This document shows, one piece after another, positions 38,941 through 51,479 of a stretch of 64,000 nucleotides of DNA (its first letter is position 1; each line of letters begins with the position of its first letter). The position numbers and the translations under genes were made by a program. Under the pieces are notes generated by a model. The model was not told where the DNA came from, did no database searches, and worked only from the letters and a program-made list of their open reading frames with translations. This DNA comes from Lama glama (lineage: Eukaryota), in contig CM052817.1 of the NCBI GenBank assembly GCA_028534125.1, forward strand, positions 96,970,001 to 97,034,000. Direction: 5' to 3'.

Positions 38941-40547
38941 CTAGAAAGAAAGATGGGGGGATTACTTGAGTCCTTGTTTCAAAGTCATGGATTAGAAGGA
39001 ATTTCTTCCTCTGAAGGTGGCGGACCTCTCCTAAACGCAATCTGGAAGGAGAAACGACCCAACTCCTTGGCCAAGGGGCCCATCGACTGGCCCACCCAGT
39101 CTCTGGTGGCCTGTCTTCTGCTCTACGCTCTGGGATGAAGCAGGTGCTGGAGAAATAATTCTTCCCCCCACCGCTCTCCTCTTCTTCAGGGATCTGACTG
39201 CTGTGCCTTATTCCCTGAGGCACTCTCCTGTCTCTCCCCACTCAGGTCAGAAGCTGACCGATTCAGAAGTTCAGGCTATGATTAGGAACACACCCACTGA
39301 CAGTACCTCCCAGGGCTTGATGAGATCTAGTCGGCTGCCAACTCAGCCACCCAAATGCCCTTAACTGATGGTCTGACTCCAGCCAGAGAAACCTAGAAGC
39401 TTCAAAGAGTTTTCATAGCAGCAGGGAGGTAAACCAAAGGTGCAGGTTAAATGCTAGAAAGAATTCATTCTGCAAAAGACCTATAGGTCTTCATTTTTTT
39501 TTTAACTAGAAAACAATGGAAAATCCTCCTTCTAAAACATGCTAACAGTTATTTCACGGGCCATGCGCTATGCTAGATGACACGTAGCCCCACTCAACAC
39601 TCTTGAGAGAGATAAATAAAACAAAAATTATCTCCCTTTGATCAGGGAGTGCCAAAGCTCTGAGATGTTAAATAATCTGCATCAAGTTGCACAGCTACTT
39701 AAACAACACAGGCCTGCTCTATTCCAGAGCCATTTGTCCAAAGCCCAAGCCGTGACCAGGGCACAATCCTGCCTCTGGTCTAAAGCACTTTCTGAGAAGC
39801 TGCTCACTGATCCCCTGCAGCCTTGACGGCCCCTGTCCCAGTACAGAGAACACCGACTGACTATGTTAAAACAAAATTTCATGTCAAGCAAATTGGAAAG
39901 TTGGAGGAAGAAAAATACACAATCCCTAACTGCTGATGAGTACTCATGCAAAAAAGTAAATATGGACAAGAAAGTGAAGCCCACGATGTACAAACTGACA
40001 GCTGCTTTTAATAAGATGATGAAATAGTCGGATCAGCAATCTTCTCCTTTTTTTAGTCATCGTGATATAGCTAACAAGGAATGAAAGCCAAAAATCCTTA
40101 TTTTTACATTGGAAAATGCTGCTACTTTTTTTTTTTAACCAATTCGTTACCTCCAATCATTAAGTACAATGGTTCCCTGACGCCCTCCTGGACAAAATGC
40201 CTTCTTTCTCTCACTTCTTAAACTTCTAATAATGCTCACCAGCTCTGTTGTCATGGTCTGGTTTTGTTCTTTAATTTTGTCCTAACAAAAAAAAAAATTT
40301 TTTGTCCTAACAGACTATACTTTGGAGTAGCTTTAGGCTCAAGGCCAAAGTGGGCAGGAGGTCAGTGAGTTCCCCTAGAGCCCTGCCGCAGCGCCTGCCA
40401 CGCCTCCCCCATCATCGACGTCCTCCCGTCCTGGTTGCTGAGACTTCACTCTTACAGAGCTGAACCAAAAAACCTCTTAGAGGAGGAAACAGGACTGTGA
40501 TTTCTTACCCCCGAAGGATGGAAGAAAAGCAAAGCCCTAATGTCAAA

Positions 40548-41003
40548 TGTGATGGACCATAAGCACGGACCCCAAGCTCCACCCCTCCTCGGAGGAACGT
40601 CTGTCTTCAGTGTGACTCTGCAGCTCCTCAGACACCAGGCGGAGTCTACTTTCCCGCCCCGTGAATCCCTTGGACCCAGGCTGCTCTTGTGGCCAAAAGA
40701 ATGTAGTCAAAGTGACACTGTGCTGATTCAGAGCCTCCAGCTCACGAACCTTGAACTTTCGCACACCCCTGCTCCACTCTCTTGGAACCCTTGGCCTCCG
40801 TGTGACCAAGTCCAGACTAGCCTGCTGGCTGACAAAAGACTTGTGGCCCAGGCCCCCCACTCCCTGCCCCATCCGTCAGACAGCCCACCGGCAGAGGCAT
40901 CCAGAGGGGCCCAGTGAGCTGAGTCCACACGGAAGTAAAGGGCTGCCGTTTAGGTCACTAGGTTTGGGGGTCGTTTGCTCAAAGTAACAAGTAAACTAAT
41001 ATA
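40548..41003. mobile_element. Old MaLR LTR (MLT1F/G/H-like)
   Basis: GTGTGACTCTGCAGCTCCTC, GGTCACTAGGTTTGGGGGTCGTTTG and terminal AACTAATATA. Confidence 0.6.
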
Positions 41004-41092
41004 GAAAGATGAATAAAATTTGACTGTATTAAAATTTTAAAGACATAAAAATTGGACATAAGCACACAACCTAAAGATATAACTAATGGCTA

Positions 41093-41482
41093 TAAGCCAG
41101 AAAGAGAAAGAAAGACACCATATAGCATTATTCATATGTGGGACCTAAAAAGAAAAATAAAGGACACTATGAAGTCACCTACAAAACAGAAAGACCCACA
41201 GACATAGTAAACAACCTTATGGCTACCCAGGAAAGGGCGTGGAAAGGGATAAATTTGGGAGTTTGAGATTTACAAATGTTAGCCACTATATTAAAATAGA
41301 TTTTAAAAAAAGTTTCTTCTGTATACTACAGGTTAACTATGTTCAATATCTCATAAAACCTTTAATGAAAAACAATATAAAAACGAATATATGTATGTAT
41401 ATGCATGACTGAGACATTGTGCTGTACACCAGAAACTGGTACATTCAATTTAAAAAAATAAAAGAAAGAAAAGAAATAAATA
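41093..41482 (+). mobile_element. L1 3' end
   Basis: AAGCCAGAAAGAGAAAG...GGGATAAATTTGGGAGTTTGAGATTT...A-rich tail. Confidence 0.87.
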
Positions 41483-41509
41483 AGGGGTATAAATCAACGA
41501 GGTGAGGCA

Positions 41510-42300
41510 GAAACTCCAATAAGAAATTGGGCAAAACCCTTGAATAAGCCCTTCACCAAAGGAAGTGAAGGCAGTCCACATGGCCTAAAACCACATGAAA
41601 CGGTGCTCAAACTCATTAGTGATGATAAAAGGGAAAATTAAAACCTCAACATACCTCAATACACTTGTCAGATTGGCAAAACTTAGAAAGTCTAGCAACT
41701 CCAGGAGTTGGTGTACGTGGAGTGACAGAAACCCCCACAGACTGCCTGTGAAAGGAAAACTTGGTCTAACTGCTTTTTAAGTACGTTGGCATTCTCCAGG
41801 AAGTTTGACGATGATATCCTCCACTCGGAGACTGCCTTTCTAGGTAAATTCCCAAGATAAACTCTGGCACACGCGCACTTACAGACACATACTTTCTATA
41901 GCGGAAGGGACCACAGCAATAGCCAAACACTGGGAGAAGCAAATACCAATCAACAGCCAAGCAAATGACTAAATTATAGGATATTCATACATGATAGAGT
42001 AAAAGTAACCATAAATGCACATATCAACAGAGTAATCTCACGATTTGGACAGAAAGAAGAAAGTCACAAAAGAATACACAGTGAAGAAAAAAAAATACAC
42101 AGTGTGGTTCTTTCATACAAAGTTCAAAACAAGCTACACTAAACCATATGTTTGGGTTGCATACATAGGTCACAAAATTACAGAACAGCCAGTGAATGAT
42201 TATCTCAAAAGGCAGATGATGTTTACCACTAGCGGCCAGAAAGGGCGATGCAGTCAGGAAGTCATACGGGAATTAAAGGTATTTCAATTCCTAACCTAGC
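41510..42300 (+). mobile_element. Old L1 (L1ME-like) remnant
   Basis: GGGCAAAACCCTTGAATAAGCCCTTCACCAAAG and CATGAAACGGTGCTCAAACTCATTAGT; ORF 41595 MKRCSNSLV. Confidence 0.7.
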
Positions 42301-42329
42301 GGTGAGTCTGTGATATTTGCATTCTTCTT

Positions 42330-42495
42330 GTTCTTTTTTTTTTAAGATCCCAAGGGGATTGTTTTCTTTTGTTCATTTTTGGTGGGGAGGTAATAAGGTT
42401 TACTTACTTGTTTTAGAGGAGGTACTGGGAATTGAACCCAGGACCTTGTGTATGCTAAGCATGCACTCTACCACTGAGCTATACCCTCCCCCTCT
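42330..42495 (-). mobile_element. vic-1-like SINE with TSD
   Basis: Minus strand GGGGAGGGTATAGCTCAGTGGTAGAG...GGTTCAATTCC; CATTCTTCTT at 42320-42329 and 42496-42505. Confidence 0.92.
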
Positions 42496-45021
42496 CATTC
42501 TTCTTTAAAATATATGTTTGTTTCACATACTTCTGTATTTTTTGCCATCATTTCACAACTAAAACATACATTTTTTAAAGCCTGGCTATTCGGGCAACTG
42601 CAAAGTAACTATTCTATTGTAATCCAGGCAAACATACAATTATACAATTATTCCCGAAGATCTAAGCTGGAGGTTCACACCAAACCCATCCAGTCCGACA
42701 AGCTTCAAAGTGCTGCTCCCTCCACCGGAAACGCTCCTTCCCCACCCCTACTTTCACTTGGCTGGCTTCCCCACACCACCGATGGCCCTGCTCACAGAAT
42801 CCGCCTCCTCCTCCTCCTCTCACTGTCCTCCCGAAAACAGCGTCACCCCTCTGCCCTAAATCCCTCTCTAGTCCATCACCGCTGCATCTTCTTCAAGCAC
42901 TGCTCACCTACAACTGCCTTATTTAGCGAGCATTTTCTCAGGGTTATCTCTTCTCCCGTTCCGGAACAGCCTGTCCCCAAGGCAGCGGCCAACAGCCTTG
43001 TGCCTCCCTGTATCTCTGAAACAGGGACCACACAGGGCTTTTCTTTTTTATTTAATGCAGCTATTTCCAAATATTAATAGCATGTGAGTGTATTATCATT
43101 TTTACTAACTTTATCTTATTTCATTTGGCTAATATTTGCTTTGCCAGATCTCAACAGGGGCATGTAATTGGTTCCGTTTGTGTATGTGTGTGTGTGTGTG
43201 TGTGGGTGTGTATATGTGTATGTTTATAGCTACTTATTTATATATGTTATATATAAATAATATATAAATGCTTTTATTATATACATATAACTATAAATTC
43301 TGTTTTTCCCCTCTGGAGCTATTTCCTTTGAATAGGTCAAAGAATACTTCAAAGATTATGTTTTCATACGGTCAAGGCAGGATGCACTCCAGAAACTAAA
43401 ACTTAAATGCATCTGTTTTTCAACATTTATTTTATGATTCTCAGTTTCATTAGTTGAAAATGTTTATAACAGCAGATTAAGTTTGGGTTCATTTGCACAG
43501 AAATCTCTCTCTCCCTATGGAAATAGCATGCTTTCCTCTCTTAAGTACTGTGGTTACATCAGTTCTTTATTTTAGAATATACTGATTTTTCCTGTCTTCT
43601 TTCTGGTGTTATTAGAGTTCATTATGCAAAAATTTTGGTGTTTGAAATTGGACCACACCAAACTCCATTCCACCTAATAATCACAAACTTATCACCGTTT
43701 CGTTACGTAGTACATTCTAAATGCATTTATTCTCTCACGAAGTTTATACTTTTATAGTTATCTTCTGCCTTTCCAAACATAATTTAAAATTACAAGACCA
43801 CTCACTACACTTAGTACAATCCATTATTTAACGGAACACAAAGATGTTCTGTGCAAAAGATAACGGTTTTTCTTTCCAATATCATTCCACATGAAATGCA
43901 ACCAATCTTGAAGTTACAAGTTACAAAGTCTGGCAACATTCCTCTTCTAGGAGAAGATGGTGAAGGGCCCACTAGATGGGACTATCTTTATTGAGTGCCT
44001 ACTGTATACTAACAGACTTACAAATATTATTTCATCTACTCCTTTTAATCAGCCTGCAGGACAGATGCCGGTGTGACCTTAATTTACAAATGGGTAAAGA
44101 TAGATTAGTGACTTGATCAAGGTCACAGACCTCTGTAGACTGCTGTTAACATGTCCTGGAGGCAGAAGATCAACTCCTTGGTCTCTCAAGCGTCCATCAG
44201 TGTCCTTTCCATTTCATTACTCTAACTTTCAGGAGATTTAACATTATTCCCAGGTCCCTTGCCCCCAGTCACAACTAGTTATCTGAATGGCTCTAGTGTA
44301 GAATTCTAATTAAATGGAAAATTCATGTACGTGTTCCTCTGCGCCCCCATCCTCTCCTGCATGCTGACTCCTGAGTGCTGTCAATTAACACTGCTCTCCC
44401 GAAACACCTTCACGGCTGGTGTACGTTGATGGATGATGCCAAGCCTGTGCGCGCACAAAAAGCACAGCTAACTTAAAAGAATTAAAGTGATTTGCACTCT
44501 TTCAAGTGAACTTGACACTTTCGAGTATCCCAGAGTGGAACTTTTAGGTCTTCGATCTACAGACAAATGGGAGAGAAACACTGGAGCTCCCACTCTCCGC
44601 AGGAGATGAGGCGTTCTATTTGAGACCTGCTGAGTGTGAGATGCAGGACATCACGAGGAGGGATCCAACTGCACTGTAAATCCAGGCTCCAAGAAACTCC
44701 AGGTACCGTTCGCCTTGGATGGTTTTACAAATGAGAAAGTTCCTTCTTTCAACACAGTCACCTATTAACAGTGTTCAGTTAGGACCATGAACTATCAGAC
44801 ACATGCAGGTACTTGGAAGTGGGAAACCTCTCCATTCAGGGGGCTCTACCTTACCGCTGGGCAGCCCTCTAGGTACATTATGACCCTTGAGGTTATAAGC
44901 CCAGCCCTGGGACTAAGTTATAACTACCGTCTCTCTCCTGCAGCCATCAACCGAAGCACTAACTGGCCCACCTGAGGAAATGTGGCATGCCTCAGAAATC
45001 CAGGCTTGAAAAGAAAAATCA

Positions 45022-45259
45022 GTAAGTTGGGAGTCCAGGATTTGCAGATACTACTGTATATAAAATAGACCAACAACAAGGTCCTCCCGTGTAGCTCAGG
45101 GAACTATATTCAATATCTTGTAATAGCCTATAATGAAAGAGAATATGAAAATAAATACATATATATATATATATAAATGTATAACTGAAACACTCTGCTG
45201 GACAGCAGAAATTAACACATTGTAAATCAACTATACTTCAATTCTTTTAAAAAAGAGAA
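45022..45259 (+). mobile_element. L1 3' end with 14-bp TSD
   Basis: GAAAAGAAAAATCA at 45008-45021 and 45260-45273. Confidence 0.9.
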
Positions 45260-45951
45260 GAAAAGAAAAATCAATCAGCAAATAAATGTACCTTTCTCAC
45301 TCATTAAATCTGAAATACAGGATTCTTCACAAACCACGCTGGATTCCAAAACCTTTTCCCAAATAGGCAAACTGCGCCCAGAAGCACACATTCCTCTGCA
45401 TGCAGAGGCTCAAATAACTGGATTGTCAAATATGCAAAAGTCCTGCCAGGGGAAGCTCTGACGCCCATTCTGCACATCAAAACACGCACCAAAATTCCTC
45501 TGCGTTTTATTTAGAGAAGCACAGGGTACGGACTCTGAGGAACTTAGTATCTTTCACGTCAGATTCGTGCCAAGGAAATAACGCTGGTGGTAATCCAAGG
45601 CACTTGGAGGGGAAACAAAATTCCTCTAGGACTGCGGACTGGCTCCTTCATTTTCCTTCGTGTTTTCCGGATCTACAAAACCTGCAGCAGAACTGTATAC
45701 GAGAGCAGCATTATGGCCTCTCTGTCAAGTCCGGAAAGAAAGAAAATAACTCATTTTATAGATTTAAAATGGGTGCTAATGTCTCACGAGCCCAGAATGC
45801 ATTGCTGGGCTAGCCGAGGCCTGAAGGCCAAATCACAGGCTGCTGGAGGAACAGCTCAGCAGCCAGCACGGTGTCTGGAGCCATTCAGTTAAGGCCCTCC
45901 CGGCCCCAACTCTCCTCCCAGCCCACCTGGAATGTCTGTGCAGTGAGTTCA

Positions 45952-46350
45952 TTTTTTTTTTATTGAAGTACAGTTGATGTACAATGTTGTGTTAATTTCT
46001 GGTGTCTAGCATAGTGACTCAGTTGTGTGTGTATATATATATTCCCTTTCATATTCTTTTTCACTACAGGCCATTACAAGGTATTAAATAGAGTTCCCTG
46101 TGCTGTACAGTAGGGCCTTGTTGTTCATCTATTTTATATATAGTAGTTTGTATCTGCTAATCCCAAACTCCCAATTTATCCCTTCCTACCCCTTTACCCA
46201 CTGGTAACCGTAAATTTGTTTTCTATGTCTGTGAGTCTGTTTCTATTTTTGTAAATTCCTTTGTGTCATTTTTTTTAGATTCCACATATGAGTGACATAT
46301 GGTATTTTTCTTTCTCTTTCTGCCTTACTTCACTTAGTATGATGATCTCC
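45952..46350 (-). mobile_element. L1 3' end
   Basis: TTTTTTTTTTATTGAAGTACAGTTG...TTACTTCACTTAGTATGATGATCTC. Confidence 0.9.
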
Positions 46351-46831
46351 TGTTAGAGTAAGTTCTTAGAGAATAAGCACCTCTAAAGTCACTAGGAGGA
46401 CTTGAACTGACACATTTATGGGCTAAAAGGATCACAATCTGAGTCCACAAAGATGCAGGTGCCTCAAAACAAATGCGTAAACCTGGACTCGGGACCCACT
46501 ACGGCACATAGCACAGACAACCAGATACTGTTTACCAAAGTAACCAACCAACTCGTTATAAAGAACATTTAAGAAGGGAGTGGCCCAGGCACTGCAGAGA
46601 GTCCCACTGGCAAGGTCCACACTGCACACCTCCACCCCACCTGACTCCAGACTTCAGCTGCATTGACTACACTCAGCCAATGTGGAGAGTCTTCTCAGGC
46701 TAAGTCTGTGTGCAGAGAGGACCTGCCACAGAAAGCCATCAGATGACATGATCACCCAGCCTGCTGGTTTTCAAGCTGTCTGTGGCCATATGTTCTTACA
46801 GGGAGAACAGGAAAAAAACAGCTAACACTTC

Positions 46832-47262
46832 TGTATTAGCTTCCTACTGCTGCTATAACAAATTACCACTACCTCAGTGGCTTGAAAAACACAAATTTAT
46901 TATCCTATATTTCTGGAAGTCAGAAGGCCAGAATGGGCCCCTTGGGGCTGTCTTCCTTCTGGGCGTTCTAGGAGAGAATCCATTTCTTTGCCTTTTCCAG
47001 CTCCTAGAAGACGCCCAAATTCCTTGGCTCATGGCCCGCAATGGCATGAGTCCGACTTCTGCTCCTGCCCTCACATCTCCTCTTTTAAGGACCACCACGA
47101 TTACAAGGAGCCCACCATGTTAACCAAGGATCATCTCACCGTCTCAAGGTCCTTCATTTAATCCCATCTGCAAAGTTCCTCTTGCCACATAAAATAACAC
47201 ATTCACAGGTTCTGGGAACTGGGAAGGGACATCTTTGGAGGGCCATTATTCTGCCATTATAC
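46832..47262. mobile_element. MaLR LTR (MLT1C-like)
   Basis: TGTATTAGCTTCCTACTGCTGCTATAACAAATTACCAC...GGACATCTTTGGAGGGCCATTATTCTGCC. Confidence 0.85.
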
Positions 47263-48027
47263 CTTATGACATCAGACACTCTCCTAACCCCTTTACAGTT
47301 GCTGACTCATTTAAATATCACCACAACTCTAAGAGGCGAGTTTTAGTATTATTATGCCACTTAACAGAGGCGGACACTGAGTCACACACGTTAATCAACT
47401 TGTCCAAGATCATACAACCAATAAGGAGGAGAACCAAGAGGTAATCAAAGCTGCTCAGGTGGAGGCAGGAGGAACGACCGTGCCTGACTGGTCCCCATCT
47501 CTCACAAAGTGGTCCCCAACAAGACTGCATCCTGCAGAGCCCAACCTGAAATCCACTGAGTCTCTCTCCCTCACTCTACAGGTGGGAAATGAGAGCACAA
47601 CTTTGGACAAGGAGCTCAACTTCATGCAGAGCTGAAGGAGAGTTCAAACTAGAATCCAGGTTTTAGCGTAGAATCCAGTGTTAGCACAGCCCGGTGTGGC
47701 ACAGCCTGACAGTAACAGGTGCGCCTGCGAGCGAGGACCACGTGGCCCAGCGGGACAGTACGCCCCAGAGAGGGGCTGCAAAGGACACGCATGCACGAGT
47801 GTGTCTGTGTGTGTCTCTGTGCTGTGGGGTAAGGTGAAGGGCTTAACCACCAGAGGGAACATCCAGGCCAACACGCTCCCAACCTCCACCTTCCCTGATT
47901 ACACTTCACAGAAAACTTCAATAGCTGACGGGCTGACACTGTAACGCCAAGGCAGCACGGTGACAACTAGGACTGCTGACGCTTCCAGAGAAGTGCCTCC
48001 ACGTGAGCGACAAAAACTGGTGGTCCT

Positions 48028-48510
48028 GAAAGCTTTCACACAGCAAAGGAAACCATCGACAAACGAAAAGACAACCTACTCAATGGGATTAAATGTTGGT
48101 AACTGACAACGGGATAATATCCAAAATGTGCAAAGAGCGCATAGAACTTATTTTAAAAAACCAGCCTATTAAAAAATGGGCAAAACATATGGATATTTTT
48201 CCAAAGAAGACATACAGATGGCCGACAGGCACATGAAAAGACGCTCAGTATCGTTAAGCATCAGGGAAATGCAAATCAAAGTCACGAGGACATATCACCT
48301 CATCAGAAAGTGGCCATCGTCAACAAAGAACACAAATAACAAATGTTGGTGAGGAGGTGGAGAAAAGGGAACCCTGGTACACTGTTGGTGGGAATGTAAA
48401 GTGGTGCAGCCACCACAGAAAACAGTATGGAAGTCTCTCAAAAAACTAAAAGTAGAACTATCATATGACCCAGCAATTCCACTCCTGGGCGTATATAAAA
48501 AAAAAAAAAA
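48028..48510 (+). mobile_element. L1 ORF2 3' region running into the gap
   Basis: CACAGCAAAGGAAACCATC...GGAACCCTGGTACACTGTTGGTGGGAATGTAA...CCAGCAATTCCACTCCTGGG. Confidence 0.9.
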
Positions 48511-49010
48511 NNNNNNNNNNNNNNNNNNNNNNNNNNNNNNNNNNNNNNNNNNNNNNNNNNNNNNNNNNNNNNNNNNNNNNNNNNNNNNNNNNNNNNNNNN
48601 NNNNNNNNNNNNNNNNNNNNNNNNNNNNNNNNNNNNNNNNNNNNNNNNNNNNNNNNNNNNNNNNNNNNNNNNNNNNNNNNNNNNNNNNNNNNNNNNNNNN
48701 NNNNNNNNNNNNNNNNNNNNNNNNNNNNNNNNNNNNNNNNNNNNNNNNNNNNNNNNNNNNNNNNNNNNNNNNNNNNNNNNNNNNNNNNNNNNNNNNNNNN
48801 NNNNNNNNNNNNNNNNNNNNNNNNNNNNNNNNNNNNNNNNNNNNNNNNNNNNNNNNNNNNNNNNNNNNNNNNNNNNNNNNNNNNNNNNNNNNNNNNNNNN
48901 NNNNNNNNNNNNNNNNNNNNNNNNNNNNNNNNNNNNNNNNNNNNNNNNNNNNNNNNNNNNNNNNNNNNNNNNNNNNNNNNNNNNNNNNNNNNNNNNNNNN
49001 NNNNNNNNNN
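48511..49010. other. Assembly gap, exactly 500 N
   Basis: Run of N, preceded by an L1 segment ending in an A-run. Confidence 0.99.
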
Positions 49011-50103
49011 TAGGTGAGCTAACAGAGCTTCTGTTCCAGCTTCTCACAATGGTTTGCGGTCCCATGTAGTGAAAAAAGAATGATACATGCTAAGAAATAG
49101 AATTTAGCTGCTTTATTTACTCTCTTTGCTTAATAGGAAAAAGATCACACCAGAAGAGGCTGGAAGAGCCCATTATTTTTGACTGAGACAATAGCAGTTG
49201 GGAAGTAAGAGAATGTTCCTTTCCGGGAGGCATTGGAGCCTTGGGGAGAGCTGGAGTTAATGGAAACCATTTGACAGCATGAGGACATCGCTGTGTGCTC
49301 ATTGGCGCTATTAAATTGGCAAGCAGTGTTGGGGAGACTGTCTTCTCTGCAGTTAAAATTTTTGTTACTTGTTTTCTCAAAAAGCTACTATAGCAAAAGG
49401 AAAGCAAATGCTGTTTCTAGGTGGTGCCTGAGAAATGTTTGTAATGTTCACCAGAGGATCTCAGTTCAAGTAGGTCAGTTTTATTTTAGGTCCCGTTGAC
49501 CTATTGATACGTATTCTAGGTTGTGTTACAGAAATCACTGCTAAGTTTTAGGTAAGTAGATGACATGGTCAGAGGATTTAATTGTTATATTCATACTGAA
49601 CAATTGGGAAAGGTCTTCTCCAAGGTGGTCCTCTTCCCCCACCCCTGCTATGGTGATGATGATTATTTTTAATGTAGATCAAAACTTACTCAGCTTTAAA
49701 TGAATTCCATTTCTATGCCAAAATCTGTAGCAAGTTTGCTTTTTTTAAGCTGCTGGTTCTTATGTATTCATGTTAGAAAAAATTTTTAAGTGAGGGACAA
49801 GTGAATGGCATTAATTCCAAACACTGATAAGTATAGAAGAGTTGAAAAATAACAGGCTTGGAAAAAAGTCCATTAAAAGAAAAAAGATAAGTGGCTCTTC
49901 CATCCTGATGCTGTATTGATGATGAATAAGCAGTGGCCTGGGTGCAGATAGATTTCTCCAGATAATTTCTTCATACTTCGTGGTACTTTTTTTGTTTTCA
50001 GGTATTTTTCATATTTTGAGGTTCCCAGAATATGGATTAACTATGTGTATGCCTTTTCCCTCTGTTTAATCATAGTTGTCTGCATTTTTTTTCTGATTTG
50101 TAG

Positions 50104-50205
50104 GAAGAAAAAAAGAAGTTTGACAAAGAGACAGAAAAGAACTATAGCCTGATTGATAAACATTTGAATTTATCAGCAAAAAAGAAAGACTCACATTTAC
50201 AAGAG
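50104..50205 (+). CDS. ARHGAP10: ARHGAP10 coding exon 5, BAR domain, 102 bp
   Basis: ttgtag|GAA GAA AAA AAG...CAA GAG|gtattg encodes [34 protein letters not shown]; phase 0-0. Confidence 0.97.
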
Positions 50206-51479
50206 GTATTGTGTTTATTTTTCTCTTGTTTCTAAAATTTAATAGTCACTGCATGTCTTTTCTAAAAAAAAATGTGCTTTGCTCTTCAAAATGTTTCATC
50301 TAGGATTGTTAGAGATGGAAAAAATGAACCAATATCACCATGAATTAAGAAAAAAAGCTCTTTTGGAACAGAACATAAAATAAGACATCTCGTAGTGATT
50401 AATGCAGTATGGATTCACAGTATTAAAAGCTTTGGTTCTGAGTATATATTCACAGGAACAGTCATTTTCATCAGCATTAGTGAGAACAGATACATTATTT
50501 TCAGGAATAGATTAATTAACTGGCTTTCGAGACTTCTTTAAGAACTGAATTGAATAAGCTCACACACCATTTGGCTTTGACGTGAAGGCAGCATTAATCT
50601 TATTTAACGCTGAAGATTCAAGAGGTTTCAGCTTCGTCAGAAAGAGCATCTGTTTTACTTGTGTTAACAGACTCATTTTTGGGGGAGGGAGCCGTCTATG
50701 AGGAGAAAGGAATTTATATCTTCTCTCTCATTTTCTCTTTCTGTTTCTCTTCTCAAATTCCCTGCCCCTTGTTTTTCCTCGTTCACACACTTCCATGGAA
50801 ACTCAGTTGTTTACAATTTGGAACATATGCTTTCCTTAAAAATAATGCTGTTTGCTGCTTGAAGGATCTTGACTCATCCCACAAAAGTGCGATTTTTTTT
50901 TCTCATTTATTTTTAAACACATGGAATCTGGGCATAACGTACTGCTGTAATACATACTTACTGAAGCATGATCAAAATGGCAACATTTCAGTATAAGCCT
51001 GGGTTACATTTAAATGTCACATATTGCAAACTCTTTGTGTGTGTATGTGTGTGGTGTGGTCATTTTGACGTTACCCACCTGTCACATTTTCTTTTGTCTC
51101 TAATACTTTTGACTGACATTTTGATGGCGTTTGATGGTCTGTATAAGAGAAAGGCACTTTTGTACCATTTAATCCTCAGCACAATACTGGAGGAAGGTAG
51201 GGCTCCTTTCTCTCCATGTCCCATGTTGGGTAGAAAACCACTTCATTGTTATTTGTGCTCCCTCATCCCCCTCCCTCTGTCACCTGTGAAATGACAGCTG
51301 TTGCTCTTGTAGGCTGTCTTGATGTCAGCAATTTCCTACCTCTGTTCTTCCCTTAATCTCTCTTTTCAGGTATCCTGCAGGGACTCTGATGCCCCGAGTA
51401 AATTTCCATCTCCATGCCGCTGTATCTAATTGGGTATCATTCGTGGTATTGTGTAGGCAAAGTCTGTGGCGTCGTCCCT

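Noticed and set aside
38837..39241. 134-aa minus-strand ORF as a separate antisense gene
   Set aside because: Only the C-terminal part is ARHGAP10 exon 2, bounded by splice sites; the rest is chance open intronic frame.
42410..42492. tRNA gene (A and B boxes), also at 1610 and 26180
   Set aside because: These are SINE heads with tails and TSDs; no convincing acceptor stem or cloverleaf.
42514..43077. 187-aa ORF (also 4066-4605 and 32239-32736)
   Set aside because: No recognisable domain or splice structure; low-complexity composition consistent with chance ORFs.
43968..43982. CTCF-like CCACTAGATGGGA
   Set aside because: Mismatch at the highly conserved GGC position; too weak without data.
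29350..48510. Middle contig as a circular element or L1-flanked mobile unit, since both ends are + strand L1
   Set aside because: The two L1 pieces look like different subfamilies or ages, and contigs commonly break in L1. The content is ordinary ARHGAP10 intron and exon sequence.
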